A stretch of DNA of 63,833 nt, the filler included, from Octopus bimaculoides (Eukaryota), in the NCBI RefSeq assembly GCF_001194135.2. It is 8 parts of 6 records of this genome, joined end to end, with 100 filler letters (N's around TTAATTAATTAA, not from the genome) between each part and the next. Parts side by side here need not be neighbours in the genome. Positions count along the whole stretch, not along the records: positions 1 to 11,111 come from NC_068982.1; positions 11,212 to 21,295 come from NC_068985.1; 6 more parts are not named here. One strand, 5' to 3'. Below are positions 1 to 12,221 of the stretch, piece by piece (the stretch's first letter is position 1; every line of letters begins with the position of its first letter). The notes under the pieces are model-generated. The model was not told the DNA's origin. It searched no databases and was given only the letters and a program-made list of their open reading frames with translations. The position numbers and the translations under genes are program-made.

Positions 1-45
<45 letters not shown>
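1..45. repeat. (GA)n microsatellite
   Basis: Pure GA dinucleotide run at the window start. Confidence 0.95.
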
Positions 46-48
<3 letters not shown>

Positions 49-285
49 GGGTTTAGCTAACCAAAGAATATAATATTAATGATAATTATTTATAAAGAGA
101 TGTATCTAAACCATATATGTGTGTATTTATGTGTTTATATATATTATATATACTAAGGAAGGTGGCGCTAAGTCAGAGAAAGAGTAAAGAAAGTGCACAC
201 CAACATATGTATGGGTAGTTACATATATACATATTTACATATTATGTGCGCTTACATATACAATGTATGTATGTTTATATATATA

Positions 286-604
286 TTTCGTTTTGGGATT
301 TGGTTTGCAAGATTTTTTATGTGATTTCGTGTGTTGAAGCATATTCTGTTGAGTCTGGGGAGGGTCATTTTCTTATTGTGCCTTAAAATTTAACACACAC
401 ACCGGTAAAATTTCCACTTATTTTTCTTTTTATTTTCCGAAAATTTTCGTTGCGTCTTGCAACCTTATCAATCAAGACTATTGATAAGGTTGCAAGACGC
501 AACGAAAATTTTAGGAAAATAAAAAAGAAATAAGTGGAAATTTTACCGGTGAGTGTGTTAAATTTTAAGGCACAATAAGAAAATGACTCTCCCCAGACTC
601 AACA

Positions 605-610
<6 letters not shown>
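286..610. mobile_element. Fold-back (inverted-repeat) element embedded in (TA)n, family unresolved
   Basis: 341-472 and 480-610 are near-perfect reverse complements around a 7-nt loop (CAAGACT). The left arm extends about 55 bp further (286-340). TA repeats lie on both sides. Confidence 0.75.
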
Positions 611-637
<27 letters not shown>

Positions 638-1485
638 AAATAAAATATAAGGCACACAGTCATGTGCGTCTATCACGTCGGATAGTTTGTTTGTCATGGG
701 TCCTCAGCTGACAACCGTGTACTGTATGCATTTGCGCGCGTGATTGTATGTGCGTGTGAAAGAGAGGGACTAAGAGAGAGAGCGAGCGAGCGAGAGAGAG
801 AGATAGAGAGAGAGAGAGCAACCGAGAGAGTCTAAGAGACAGAGACTAAGAGAGAGAGAATAAGAAATTGTGTGTATATATACCACAAGCCATTATTTAC
901 GTAAGCTTAAATACCAGTAACAGTAGATACACACGGGCTCTCTTTGTCAGTATTATTGATAAAAATACAGGACAAAGTGCAACCTGCGCAGGGACGCCTG
1001 TCAGCCTGATAGGGCCGGGCATTCCCCGACACCAAACATTTCAAAATAAACTTAACATTATTCACGGTTAGAGTATGGACATATTCTTCTAGTAAAGTGC
1101 AGAACCGAAGTCTAGGTTGGAAAAGGAATGCTTGAGCATGTCGCTTCACCATTTCATGGGGTTCTCCTTAGGCACTTACACATAACGTTGCTCTGCACAC
1201 CAAAGCAGGCCAGGGGTATGGGGAAAACCGGGTCTAGGTGTCCAGCTCACAGTCCATCCCTATTTGAACAGGACAGGGAAGTAGTTTGTACAGCAAAAAC
1301 TTGGGTAGTAACTCTGGCCCCTCTCGGTATGGTCGAAGTAACTGAACTGCGCCGAAATATGCGGCTAATTTCACAACGTGGATTTGCACAAAGCGAAATA
1401 CACGACATGCTTGCTTGCAAGTAGTACAGGTTCCAGAGGCATAAAACGCGTGTGCGCGTACCCGCTCATATATATATATATATCT

Positions 1486-1582
1486 ATTATTTTATTTAAA
1501 AGCTTTCCAACTCTGTCTGTTTTTTATGTTTAATATATATTCTTGTAAAATTAATGTGGGATATAGAATATGGAATATATAA
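1486..1582. repeat. ~100-bp dispersed repeat in (TA)n, copy 1
   Basis: Aligns by eye to 28289-28385 (shared TTCCAAC.CTGTCTGTTTT.TATGTTT and AATGTGGG.TATAGAATATGGAATATA). Confidence 0.7.
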
Positions 1583-1592
1583 TACACACACA

Positions 1593-1635
<43 letters not shown>

Positions 1636-3018
1636 TATATATATCATATATTCCTAGGATCATGTGCTAGGACAAGATGTTGGTAGCAACCTTTTGTCTT
1701 CAAGAGGGGCGTGGTTTGTCAGCGACACTAGTTCGTTTGTGTGTATGTTTGTGCGCTTGTGCATGTGTATTGAGGTACTTTTGAATCTCTAGTGTGTTTA
1801 GTACAAGTGCGCGTGCACCTGCCGGCAGATATTGCTTATTAGTGGAGTATGTGTGTATATATCTGGTGCTACGTGTGTGAGTTAGTGTGTGTGTGTGTGT
1901 GCATGGTGTGCGTTAGTGTGTGTATGTATATAACTGTGTTTTGTGCGCGCGTGCATACCTTGTATATGGGACAGTAAGGTTTCAGGTGGTATATCTGGAT
2001 TGTCAGCGAATATTAGCTTGAAGTTTACTAGCAGGGAATACTGGTGGTGGCAACAGTATGGTAGCTCATTCTTCTTAGTATTGAAAATAGCAGGTTGATG
2101 AAGAATATGTTGTCCTTTGAGGAGACAGAGTGGGAATTGCGAGCTCCGGGGGAGTAAGATGGGGTGCTCACAATGATAGTCCATTCGCTCATTCGATATT
2201 GGGAAGTCATTCGATGGTCCTAGGAATACAGATTGGAGACAAGACTGGAATTAACGTCGCTACAAAATCTACAAGAGCATGTCACCTGCGTCGAGCAGTA
2301 CGGCTTAACACAGAAAGTATCTAGGACTTGTCTCACTTGGTTTCTGCAAACCTGAAGAGACAGGTTCGTTCGACGCGCCTACGAAGCTGTAACATATATA
2401 TTGGAATCTTGGATTTCGAAGGCATTAAAGTTATAAATAGTTGCGCTTAATATTGGGCTAAAAACTCTTTCGATAGGAAAAGTTGAAGGTTGCCTGTGCG
2501 ACTCGAACTCACGTCAGTAAACTTTTCCTAGAAGAAAGGTTTTCTGACCAAGGGTTTGCACACTATCATTTATAGCTTATTTTCTTTGAAATGAACTATT
2601 AAAAAAAAACATGAAAAAAGAAATAAAAGAATCATTTCACAGCCTTTCGAAGTTTATAAACTCTTATGATGTCTNNNNNNNNNNNNNNNNNNNNNNNNNN
2701 NNNNNNNNNNNNNNNNNNNNNNNNNNNNNNNNNNNNNNNNNNNNNNNNNNNNNNNNNNNNNNNNNNNNNNNNNNNNNNNNNNNNNNNNNNNNNNNNNNNN
2801 NNNNNNNNNNNNNNNNNNNNNNNNNNNNNNNNNNNNNNNNNNNNNNNNNNNNNNNNNNNNNNNNNNNNNNNNNNNNNNNNNNNNNNNNNNNNNNNNNNNN
2901 NNNNNNNNNNNNNNNNNNNNNNNNNNNNNNNNNNNNNNNNNNNNNNNNNNNNNNNNNNNNNNNNNNNNNNNNNNNNNNNNNNNNNNNNNNNNNNNNNNNN
3001 NNNNNNNNNNNNNNNNNN

Positions 3019-3052
<34 letters not shown>

Positions 3053-3522
3053 GTATATACATATATATACATATATACATACACATACACACACACATAT
3101 ATACATGCATGCATACATACAAACGTACATACTTATATACATACAAACGTACATACATATACATACATATATATACATGCATATTTTCCAGCTTTTTGAC
3201 AATGTAGCTGATACTCTTTTGTTGCACTTAATAGTGCAACATTCCTGTTCAATAGGTTTTCTTTACGCATACCAAACTACTGCCTGTTTATGTTACATAT
3301 GTTACTTTATCATACGAAAACATACGAAAACATTTGTATGTATATACATATGTGCATTTATGTGTATGTGTGTGTAACATTATGCTTATATCCTTAGAAG
3401 GGGTTAATGCAAATATGAGTGGGTATGTTGAAAGTCTCTTGATATAAAGTAGATTTAGGTCTGATGCATTCCCACTTGAACTTAACATTCGTTGAGAGGC
3501 GCAACATACATGTGTGTTTGTA

Positions 3523-3806
3523 TATATATATATATATATATACACACACATTATGTATGTGTGTGCATGTGTGTGCTTGTGTGTGCATGCGTATGCGTGC
3601 GAGAATGTGTAGTAGATTTTTAAGCTTATATACTTCCTTAGCTTGCTGTATATTTTGATGTTTCTAGATACATAAACACGTAGACTAAGATGTGTTAAAC
3701 AATGGAAATATCACCTATAACCAACGGCAGGAATGAAAAAGTATCAAATTGTTACCTTTCTCAGGTATGTTTCTATTGTGGAAACAATATACAATACCTC
3801 CCACTG
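3523..3806. repeat. Direct duplication across an assembly gap (second copy 4418-4701)
   Basis: Apparently identical ~285 bp at a constant offset of 895 on either side of the 3807-4335 N-run. Confidence 0.9.
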
Positions 3807-5294
3807 NNNNNNNNNNNNNNNNNNNNNNNNNNNNNNNNNNNNNNNNNNNNNNNNNNNNNNNNNNNNNNNNNNNNNNNNNNNNNNNNNNNNNNNNNNNNNN
3901 NNNNNNNNNNNNNNNNNNNNNNNNNNNNNNNNNNNNNNNNNNNNNNNNNNNNNNNNNNNNNNNNNNNNNNNNNNNNNNNNNNNNNNNNNNNNNNNNNNNN
4001 NNNNNNNNNNNNNNNNNNNNNNNNNNNNNNNNNNNNNNNNNNNNNNNNNNNNNNNNNNNNNNNNNNNNNNNNNNNNNNNNNNNNNNNNNNNNNNNNNNNN
4101 NNNNNNNNNNNNNNNNNNNNNNNNNNNNNNNNNNNNNNNNNNNNNNNNNNNNNNNNNNNNNNNNNNNNNNNNNNNNNNNNNNNNNNNNNNNNNNNNNNNN
4201 NNNNNNNNNNNNNNNNNNNNNNNNNNNNNNNNNNNNNNNNNNNNNNNNNNNNNNNNNNNNNNNNNNNNNNNNNNNNNNNNNNNNNNNNNNNNNNNNNNNN
4301 NNNNNNNNNNNNNNNNNNNNNNNNNNNNNNNNNNNTATATATATACACATATTTTTTGTGAATTCTCCCTACATACATATATATATATATACATATATAT
4401 ATATATGTATGTATGCATATATATATATATATATATACACACACATTATGTATGTGTGTGCATGTGTGTGCTTGTGTGTGCATGCGTATGCGTGCGAGAA
4501 TGTGTAGTAGATTTTTAAGCTTATATACTTCCTTAGCTTGCTGTATATTTTGATGTTTCTAGATACATAAACACGTAGACTAAGATGTGTTAAACAATGG
4601 AAATATCACCTATAACCAACGGCAGGAATGAAAAAGTATCAAATTGTTACCTTTCTCAGGTATGTTTCTATTGTGGAAACAATATACAATACCTCCCACT
4701 GGGTCGTATCCTGTTGGCGGTAAATATTACAAACATCAATCAGATTATAATATACAGAGAACAGAGCCAAAGAATTCGACATAGGAAATATTCGTGGAAC
4801 ATTACATTGAAATCCATTAAATACAAATGCGATAAAACCAGACATATTCTTCCAGTACAGACAAGAAAACAATAAGTACAAAATATAATAATAAAGTAAA
4901 TAGAATTGCAGTAGAATCATACCCGTGGGCGGTAAATAGCAAACCCCACGCGAATGAATAAATAATAATACATCCCAAATAAATGAATAATATTATGCAT
5001 ATGTATTTCAGAATTTTGAGCGTCAACACAATGATTATAGGTAAGGGGTTATCACTATAATTATTGGTGCTTCTACTTCGGTAATCACCACCAACGGTCA
5101 AAGCAAAGAACAATATGTCTTTGGTGATGTAAATCGCATTTCTACTCCTCTATTTTCTCCAGTAATGTTAATCTCCTCGATGTATGTCGGGTCATGTAGT
5201 TTCCTTAAGTTTTATCCAAGTAGCTTCTTTTTTTTATTCAGACACATTTATATAATTTCACATACGTTGACACACAACAAATTACACATACATC

Positions 5295-5385
5295 CATAAA
5301 TACATACATACATACATACATACATACATTCATACATACATACATACATACATACATGCATGCATACATACATACATACATACAT
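5295..5385. repeat. (CATA)n tetranucleotide microsatellite
   Basis: Long TACA/CATA run. Confidence 0.85.
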
Positions 5386-5450
5386 ACCTTACATACTTGC
5401 ATACATATGTAAGGTGTTTCTAAAATTCAACACGAGAATTTTACCCATTG

Positions 5451-5489
<39 letters not shown>

Positions 5490-8400
5490 TACATTCATAC
5501 ATGCACATATACATACAATTACGCATACAGGAAAATGAAGCCCTTAACGACGCAGCCGAAACTACCGATTAATTCACCTTTCTATGGAAAATAGTCATGT
5601 TATCAATAACATACAAAATTGTCTGTAAAGTAAAATTGAGGCATGGTGCTTCTAAAATAATATTTGTTGCTACCCAAAGGAAAAACTACCATTATATGTG
5701 TAGAGTCAATAGACCTGTTATTGAATGCATAAATATATGTCAAAACGCACGAAATATTGATAGAACATTCCTATCAAAACTTCTGCCAAGGGCAAACATA
5801 ACAGGCTTGAAGTAGTTAGTGGGATCCATAAAGGAAAGCTATATACAATTTCCGGGGTGTGGTATACAAGAATATTTGATGTCTGTATGTGTAGAAGTTG
5901 CACAGTGCATTCTATGAAACGATTACTCAATTCTGAGCCCTACCCGCAGAGTTAGCAGTTGTGTGGAGTTGTAGTATATTCTGTATTTGAGAGGGAAATT
6001 CATTACTTTTCATGTAATTTTTGCTATTTTCAGTAAGTGTGTTTGCAGAGAAAGAGATCCTCAGTGATAGTTAGAACTACCATTTGTAGCGATCATGAGA
6101 GTTCTACTTGTTTGCTGCGATACGACATAGTGTCTTGGTTATGTGTGTTCATAGTGTTATGTGTGCTTTTCACCTTTTGAAATAAATAAGATTGATGTAA
6201 ACCCGTAAGAAAATGTTTCAAAAACCTCTTCTTAAAGATACAGAGTGAATATAGCTTGAGTTGTCTACGTTGCATATGAATACCGCTTGTGTGCAGAATG
6301 TTTGGGGGGAATTTTCCTATTATTCATTGAAAAAAAATTTCTTGTCGTATAAGCATTTCAAGTTAAAATTTTTATCCTCCTTGCACTGAATATGTAAATA
6401 CGAGCTAAACTATTTGTTTTCCGTGCTGATAGTGTCTTTCATTTATTTGCAACTTGTGTAGCACTGTGTAAAATTTAACAGAGAAAGAAAGATAATACTT
6501 GAGATAGGAATTTAGAGAGAGTCATCCTAAGATAACGATAGGGAGACAGATTGTATATTTGAAAATAATGAAGTTGTAGTAGCAATTGATATTCTCAACG
6601 AATTACATTTCCCTATTCTTACAAACGCCTGCCATTTCTTCAGAGAAACGTGTTCAATTACAGGCAATGTATTCAATATTACTTTCCTGAAGAATTTATA
6701 AAACTATTTTAAGTGCATGCATGCAAAGATCTATGAAAGAATAATGGTACAAAAGTAGAATGTAACAGTAATCCACGAAAAGATGAGCTTAGAATCCAAG
6801 AAGCAAATATAGTTACATTAAAAGTTGCCCCATGCTTGAAATCGTGAAGGGAAGTTATAACATCTGTGTTGTGGATTAACAGATGATAGAGACTGCATGT
6901 TAGGGATCATTGTTCTTATAAAGTGCAAATGTTATAGATAATATAATGTGCTTCTCGAGATTAACAGTTTATAAATTTCAACGATAGAAATCATATATAC
7001 AATACTAAAATATATCAACAGCATTTGCGCAGAATATTAAAAAAAATATCATACCCAAAACCTCAAGATTTATCAAAAGCATAAGTAAAACTAAATCAGA
7101 AAGACAAAAACTCTTATACGGAACAAACCTCTAATTCCGCTCTAAATAATTGTTAAGCCTTTACAAAGCACAAATGCACTTTTCTGTTTTAGGAGTTTCG
7201 ATCACATATCTACTTCGACGAAGTAATATGTAAACATTCTAGACTAATAGGTAAAATTTCATCCACCACACTTCATCCTTCTCTACATCTTAAATTATGT
7301 GCACCAAGCGCACATGGTTAATATATTCATCTCTCTTTAACCTTACATCCCTACTCTGTTGTATCCTTAATCTTCTTACTAAATCCTTTCCCCCAAAGCA
7401 AGCCACAACCCGGAACTCTCAGTTGGCTCACATATTCCTCACAGTGAGACAACAACAATACACTTCTGTAAAGCATCAATTACTTAAATATCATCATTTT
7501 ACTGGAATTTGAAACCGGCGTACTGATTCTTATCTTCTTTGCGAAGTAGATTAGCAACAAATCTCAGTTATATGAATTGAATAAGAACGGTGATTAGTCA
7601 AATGTTGAATTTTAGGAAAATCTCGCCGATGTTCCCAGTTACACTCACAAATAAAATTTGCAGAGTTAGTGCCAGCTGATTATTTTCGTTACCCAAATCT
7701 TCCTGCTCTGTGGAATTGCTACAAATGTGCAGCAAAGATAGATAATAGATAAATGAGAAAAGTAAAAGAATTGTGGCCAGGTTGATTCTTCATTCAGAAA
7801 CAACTGAAGTTAATGAAAATGAAGGAAAAGTGTTTAGTTGAAAAAATAACAAAAATACTAGAATTTAGAACTAAACGGTAGAGTTAAGCGTTTTTAGTAT
7901 AGCTAATGCTAACAAAAACACCTATCTGATATATCATTACTATTCTCTTTAGCAAAAGTGGATTTGCAACACGAGTATTTCCCTCTGTGAAAGCTATAGT
8001 TGGTAAATATTAAAAGACAAAAGACAAAAATACCCCCACCAAAAAAATCAAAGCAAAAATAACAACAAAGAGAAATTATATGGAAGATTTTGGGAAGAAT
8101 TGAAAAATACTTTGTGATATTGATTTGGAGATAAGAAACCGATTATTCATACCTCAAAATTCGAGCTTTCAACACCAACAGATCTAAAGACAGAAATACT
8201 TTTTCTCTTATAACACATATAACAGTATGACGCCGCTTTAGATTTAGAATAGTGATCAAAATGTCCTGGGAATGGTACCGTTGTTAGAGAGAATTATCGA
8301 CATTAATGTATCGCTCATCTAGCAGCTCTAGTAAATCTACAACAAGATATCAGATTAAGTTATTAGAGACACGAATCTGAGATTGGATAAACAAACAAAT

Positions 8401-9106
8401 ATACACACGCAAAGAGACAGCGGCCCATGAATATGCATATAAATATACCTTATGTGTGTGTGCGTGTATATAATTTGCTTTGAATCGGAATTAGTATATG
8501 AAGACTGGCGCGCCACTTTATTAAATGAGAGAATGAAAATATTTAAGGTTGTTATTATACAGATACTGCACGATTAACAGCAAGATATCTACTTATAGGA
8601 CGTCTCAGTACTAAAAGTAGAGTAAAAATTATCACGAAATTCATTGTTTTGATTTGGACTTTAATTAGTATAAGCATATGAATATCCACCTAACTTTCAT
8701 GCGGTTGAGCATCAACATACATATTCAGACACCGATCAATGTCGCAGTCAAAAAAAATTTGGGAGTAAGTCATCTCTTTGATGTCGATATAGTATATCTC
8801 AAAAAGAAAGTTGCTAATATGAAATACAGTAACATGATTGAGACACACCTCTTGCTTTAGGTTGTCCTTAGTATATTTGTCTCTGATAACGAAAGTCGTA
8901 GTGGTGCTACACTGTATGTTCATATGATTGTGGACGTTTTAGGAATTACTCCCTCACAAGAATTGCTTGTGAATTTGTAATCGTTAGTGATGCTCATAGT
9001 CATTGAACGAAACATCTCTCTCTCTCACTCTATCCTTTTTTCTTTCAATCTGATTGTCTAACCAACTTTCTGTCTGTCTATGTATGTATGTGTGTATGTA
9101 TGTGCC

Positions 9107-9169
<63 letters not shown>

Positions 9170-9324
9170 TTACATACACTAAAACACACACACACGTACA
9201 CACACACGGTATTTGTCATTACAATGAGTTTTCGCTACAATCCTCAGGGCAACAAGAGACAGCTATGCTGAGCAGGCTTTCGTCCGTAGTTGTTGACACA
9301 ACTATTATCAAAAACAGATAAATT

Positions 9325-9388
9325 CAAATTCTTGGTTATTCAAATTCTTGGTTATTCAAATTCTTGGTTATTCAAATTCTTGGTTATT
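9325..9388. repeat. Minisatellite, 4 perfect copies of a 16-mer
   Basis: (CAAATTCTTGGTTATT)x4, no spacers. Confidence 0.95.
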
Positions 9389-9786
9389 AGGACAAGATAT
9401 AGTAGAGAAGTAACTTAAATCATTAAAAATGTGTAATCTACGCTCTGTGAGATCTCAATTCGAGATCTGTGGTGTTTCATCCAAAATAGTGAGATTCCCA
9501 ACACACAGTTTACAATGCAAACACAGACATGCACACATACACATAAATTCACATATCGATAATAATATATATGAACTAAATTACAATGAAGAATATATGT
9601 TCATCTTGCTGAAGTTTTGTCGGATCAGATTGATTCTATACACGTTAAGTGGTATGATATGAACGCGGCATGGATTTTTATACTTCTTGGTAGTTTGAGT
9701 TCTGTGAGTTATTAATTGTAACTCTATCGCAGCTAAGAAACATTTCACGACATTTCTATCTATCTATATATCTATCTATCTATCTT

Positions 9787-9817
<31 letters not shown>

Positions 9818-9960
9818 GTCCGTCTGTCTGTCTGTCTGTCTGTCCGCCCGTCCGTCCGTCTGTCTGTCTGTCTATCTATCTATCTATATGGCTGTCTGTC
9901 TGCAAATCTCCCTTCACACTCACACACACAATCACACACTTACACACACACACACACAAG

Positions 9961-10017
<57 letters not shown>

Positions 10018-10756
10018 GAAAGCAAGTGCAACTCAGTACATTTAAGTGGTGTTCTATTTATTCAATATCCACATTACTAAAATTTCTTGGTACGTCTTCA
10101 TCGTTACATGTTCGGATTCAAAATAAAAAAGATTTAAAAGCAATTTAAAATATCTGTTACGGTTGCTTCATGTCACATTGATGTTTTAGCTATGTTAGGG
10201 ATAACAGTTGGTTGGATACCTCATGTGAGTGAGCAGACAGGTTGATGGTGTTAGTTAGTCAGCAGGGTGTGGTTATGCTATATGCAGATCGTAGGAGAGC
10301 AGGCAAGATCACGGCGTCAGTTAGATGCGATTATGTACTATATTGTATTTTAGAGGCAAGAATCCGGCATAATTATAACTGTTCTGATCAACTCCACATA
10401 TGGTAACTTCCTGAACAGAATCTTTGACACTCGAGATAAGAAAGGTAAAGCAAGTACTCTCCAATGTATATGTGGATAGTGAGATTGTCAACAAAGCCGC
10501 AAAACCAGTATAATAGGGAGCTACCGAAGAATGGTTTTGCTGTTAAGTTAGAGTATACAGTGAATCACTAAGCCACAAACTAGAAGAGACCTGGAAAGAC
10601 AACGTTAGTATGGTTTAATCCACCATGTAATTCAATGTTGTGATATATGAACAAAGGCGATTTACTTACCTTTGTAACTTTCTAGTGACTGAGTACAAAG
10701 TTTATATTATATATGCAAATATATATATATATATATATATATATCACATATAATAT

Positions 10757-11100
10757 CTATAAACAGACCAGAAGACTTTGTAAGTTACGGAAGTCTATTA
10801 GTACGATAATAACTATAATAATATATCATAATAATAAATATTCTCCGATTTTAAGCGCCGTTTATATATAAACAGATTGACTTAAAAAATAATGAACTAA
10901 CCGAAACCAGAATCGAACTCACATATCAACGCTTACATGGTTACATGCGCATCCGATTGGGCCAAAAGCTCACCCATCAGTTTCAGCCAAATTGTACGTA
11001 CATATACTTAAACTGTCTAATACTACATATAATGTTTATGAACAAACCAGAGGGCTTTGTATGTTACAGAGAGAAAGAGAATATGGAAGACTATTATATA
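10757..11100 (-). repeat. ~280-bp tandem unit with tRNA-like Pol III A/B boxes (one full unit plus the start of the next)
   Basis: Homologous to 14436-14732. Minus-strand A-box-like TGGCCCAATCGG (10964-10953) and B-box-like GAGTTCGATTC (10920-10910) are 32 nt apart. The unit start recurs at 11036. Confidence 0.7.
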
Positions 11101-11155
11101 TATATATATATNNNNNNNNNNNNNNNNNNNNNNNNNNNNNNNNNNNNNNNNNNNN

Positions 11156-11167
11156 TTAATTAATTAA
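11156..11167. other. Artificial scaffold spacer TTAATTAATTAA
   Basis: N44-TTAATTAATTAA-N44, exactly 100 bp. Also at 21340, 32588, 39050, 51632, 58880 and 62667. Confidence 0.95.
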
Positions 11168-11211
11168 NNNNNNNNNNNNNNNNNNNNNNNNNNNNNNNNN
11201 NNNNNNNNNNN

Positions 11212-11470
11212 GGCAGGGGATGGTGGCGAACCCTGCTGTACTCTTTCACCACAACTTTCTCTCACTATTTCTTCCTGTTTCTGTTGTGCCTGTAATTCAA
11301 AGGGTCAGCCTTGTCACACTGTATCACGCTGAATATCCCCGAGAACTACGTTAAGGGTACACGTGTCTGTGGAGTGCTCAGCCACTTGCACGTTAATTTC
11401 ACGAGCAGGCTGTTCCGTTGATCGGATCAACTGGAACCCTCGACGTCGTAAGCGACGGAGTGCCAACAAC
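11212..11470 (+). mobile_element. SINE family C, 3' portion with (CAA) tail
   Basis: Matches the reverse complement of 21448-21650 (CCTGTAATTCAAAGGG.CAGCCTTGTC...GTCGTAAGCGACGGAGT); ends in CCAACAAC. Confidence 0.8.
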
Positions 11471-12002
11471 ATATATGTGCGTGTGTGTATGTATGTGTGT
11501 ACGTGTGTGTGTACTAATACTTCTATATCTCTTACTCACGCGCCCAATCTTTTTCCTACCTTCAATGATATCTCTCATCTCATCAGTTACTCTTCACTGA
11601 CTTTACTCCATTTCTCTTAGTTTACCTTGTACCGTCGTCACGTGAAACGGAACTATCATTTTCTACGTACCAATCAGTAGTTGCCCGCAGGCGCGTGCGC
11701 GCGCACACACACACATGCACACACACACACTCACTCAATCAATCACTCATACACACAGATGCGTACACACGCATAAACATATACACACGTGTCTTTCCTT
11801 TTTATATATGTATGTATGCATGTATGCACATAAAGGCATATAAATAATGTATGTACATAAATATATGTGTACGTACATGTATATATATATATATATGTAT
11901 ATATTTATATATATATATACATGCATTTCACTACCCCTCTCACTATCAGCCGCGTTCTCATTCTCTGATTTTGTGTGTGTGTGTGTGTGTGCGCGCGCGC
12001 GC

Positions 12003-12221
12003 CATAAGGTTTGAAAATCTAACGGAGGCCTCAAAAGACATTTTAAGATCCACAAAGATCAGAACTTAACTGCAGTTCATTGTGGTCCAAATCAGATATG
12101 CAATCTATGTGGGCGTCTTTCCAATGCATTGTCTGGTTTAAAAAGCCACATCAGACGCCGTAATGGTTCTAAGGTGTAAGTACAAGACTTTGCATAAGGA
12201 GTAGACAACCACCATATATAT
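12003..12221 (+). mobile_element. RTE-type LINE 3' end with two C2H2-like fingers and a TA tail
   Basis: Frame 12003-12179 reads HKV*KSNGGLKRHFKIH...ICNLCGRLSNALSGLKSHIR...KV*, followed by a short 3' UTR and (TA)n. Confidence 0.7.

Noticed and set aside
950-1445. GC-richer unique segment with short ORFs (also 1960-2340 and 19860-20260)
   Set aside because: Translating several frames by hand gave no recognisable motif; may be old TE sequence but cannot be supported.
2350-2395. CTGAAGA as a third hammerhead core (also 35349, 42875, 43052, 53904)
   Set aside because: No stem II followed by GAAA and no closing stem I.
9325-9388. Short direct repeats (also 24376-24481 and 55473-55575) as CRISPR candidates
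   Set aside because: Contiguous tandem units with no unique spacers and no cas genes, in a eukaryotic context.
10670-10688. 19-nt minus-strand micro-exon with AG|GTAAGT donor (similar signals at 1180 and 24356)
   Set aside because: Splice consensus alone is expected many times by chance in 55 kb.
11156-11167. TTAATTAATTAA palindrome repeated seven times in the window
   Set aside because: Always centred in exactly 44+44 Ns; an assembly spacer with stops in all frames, not a biological motif.
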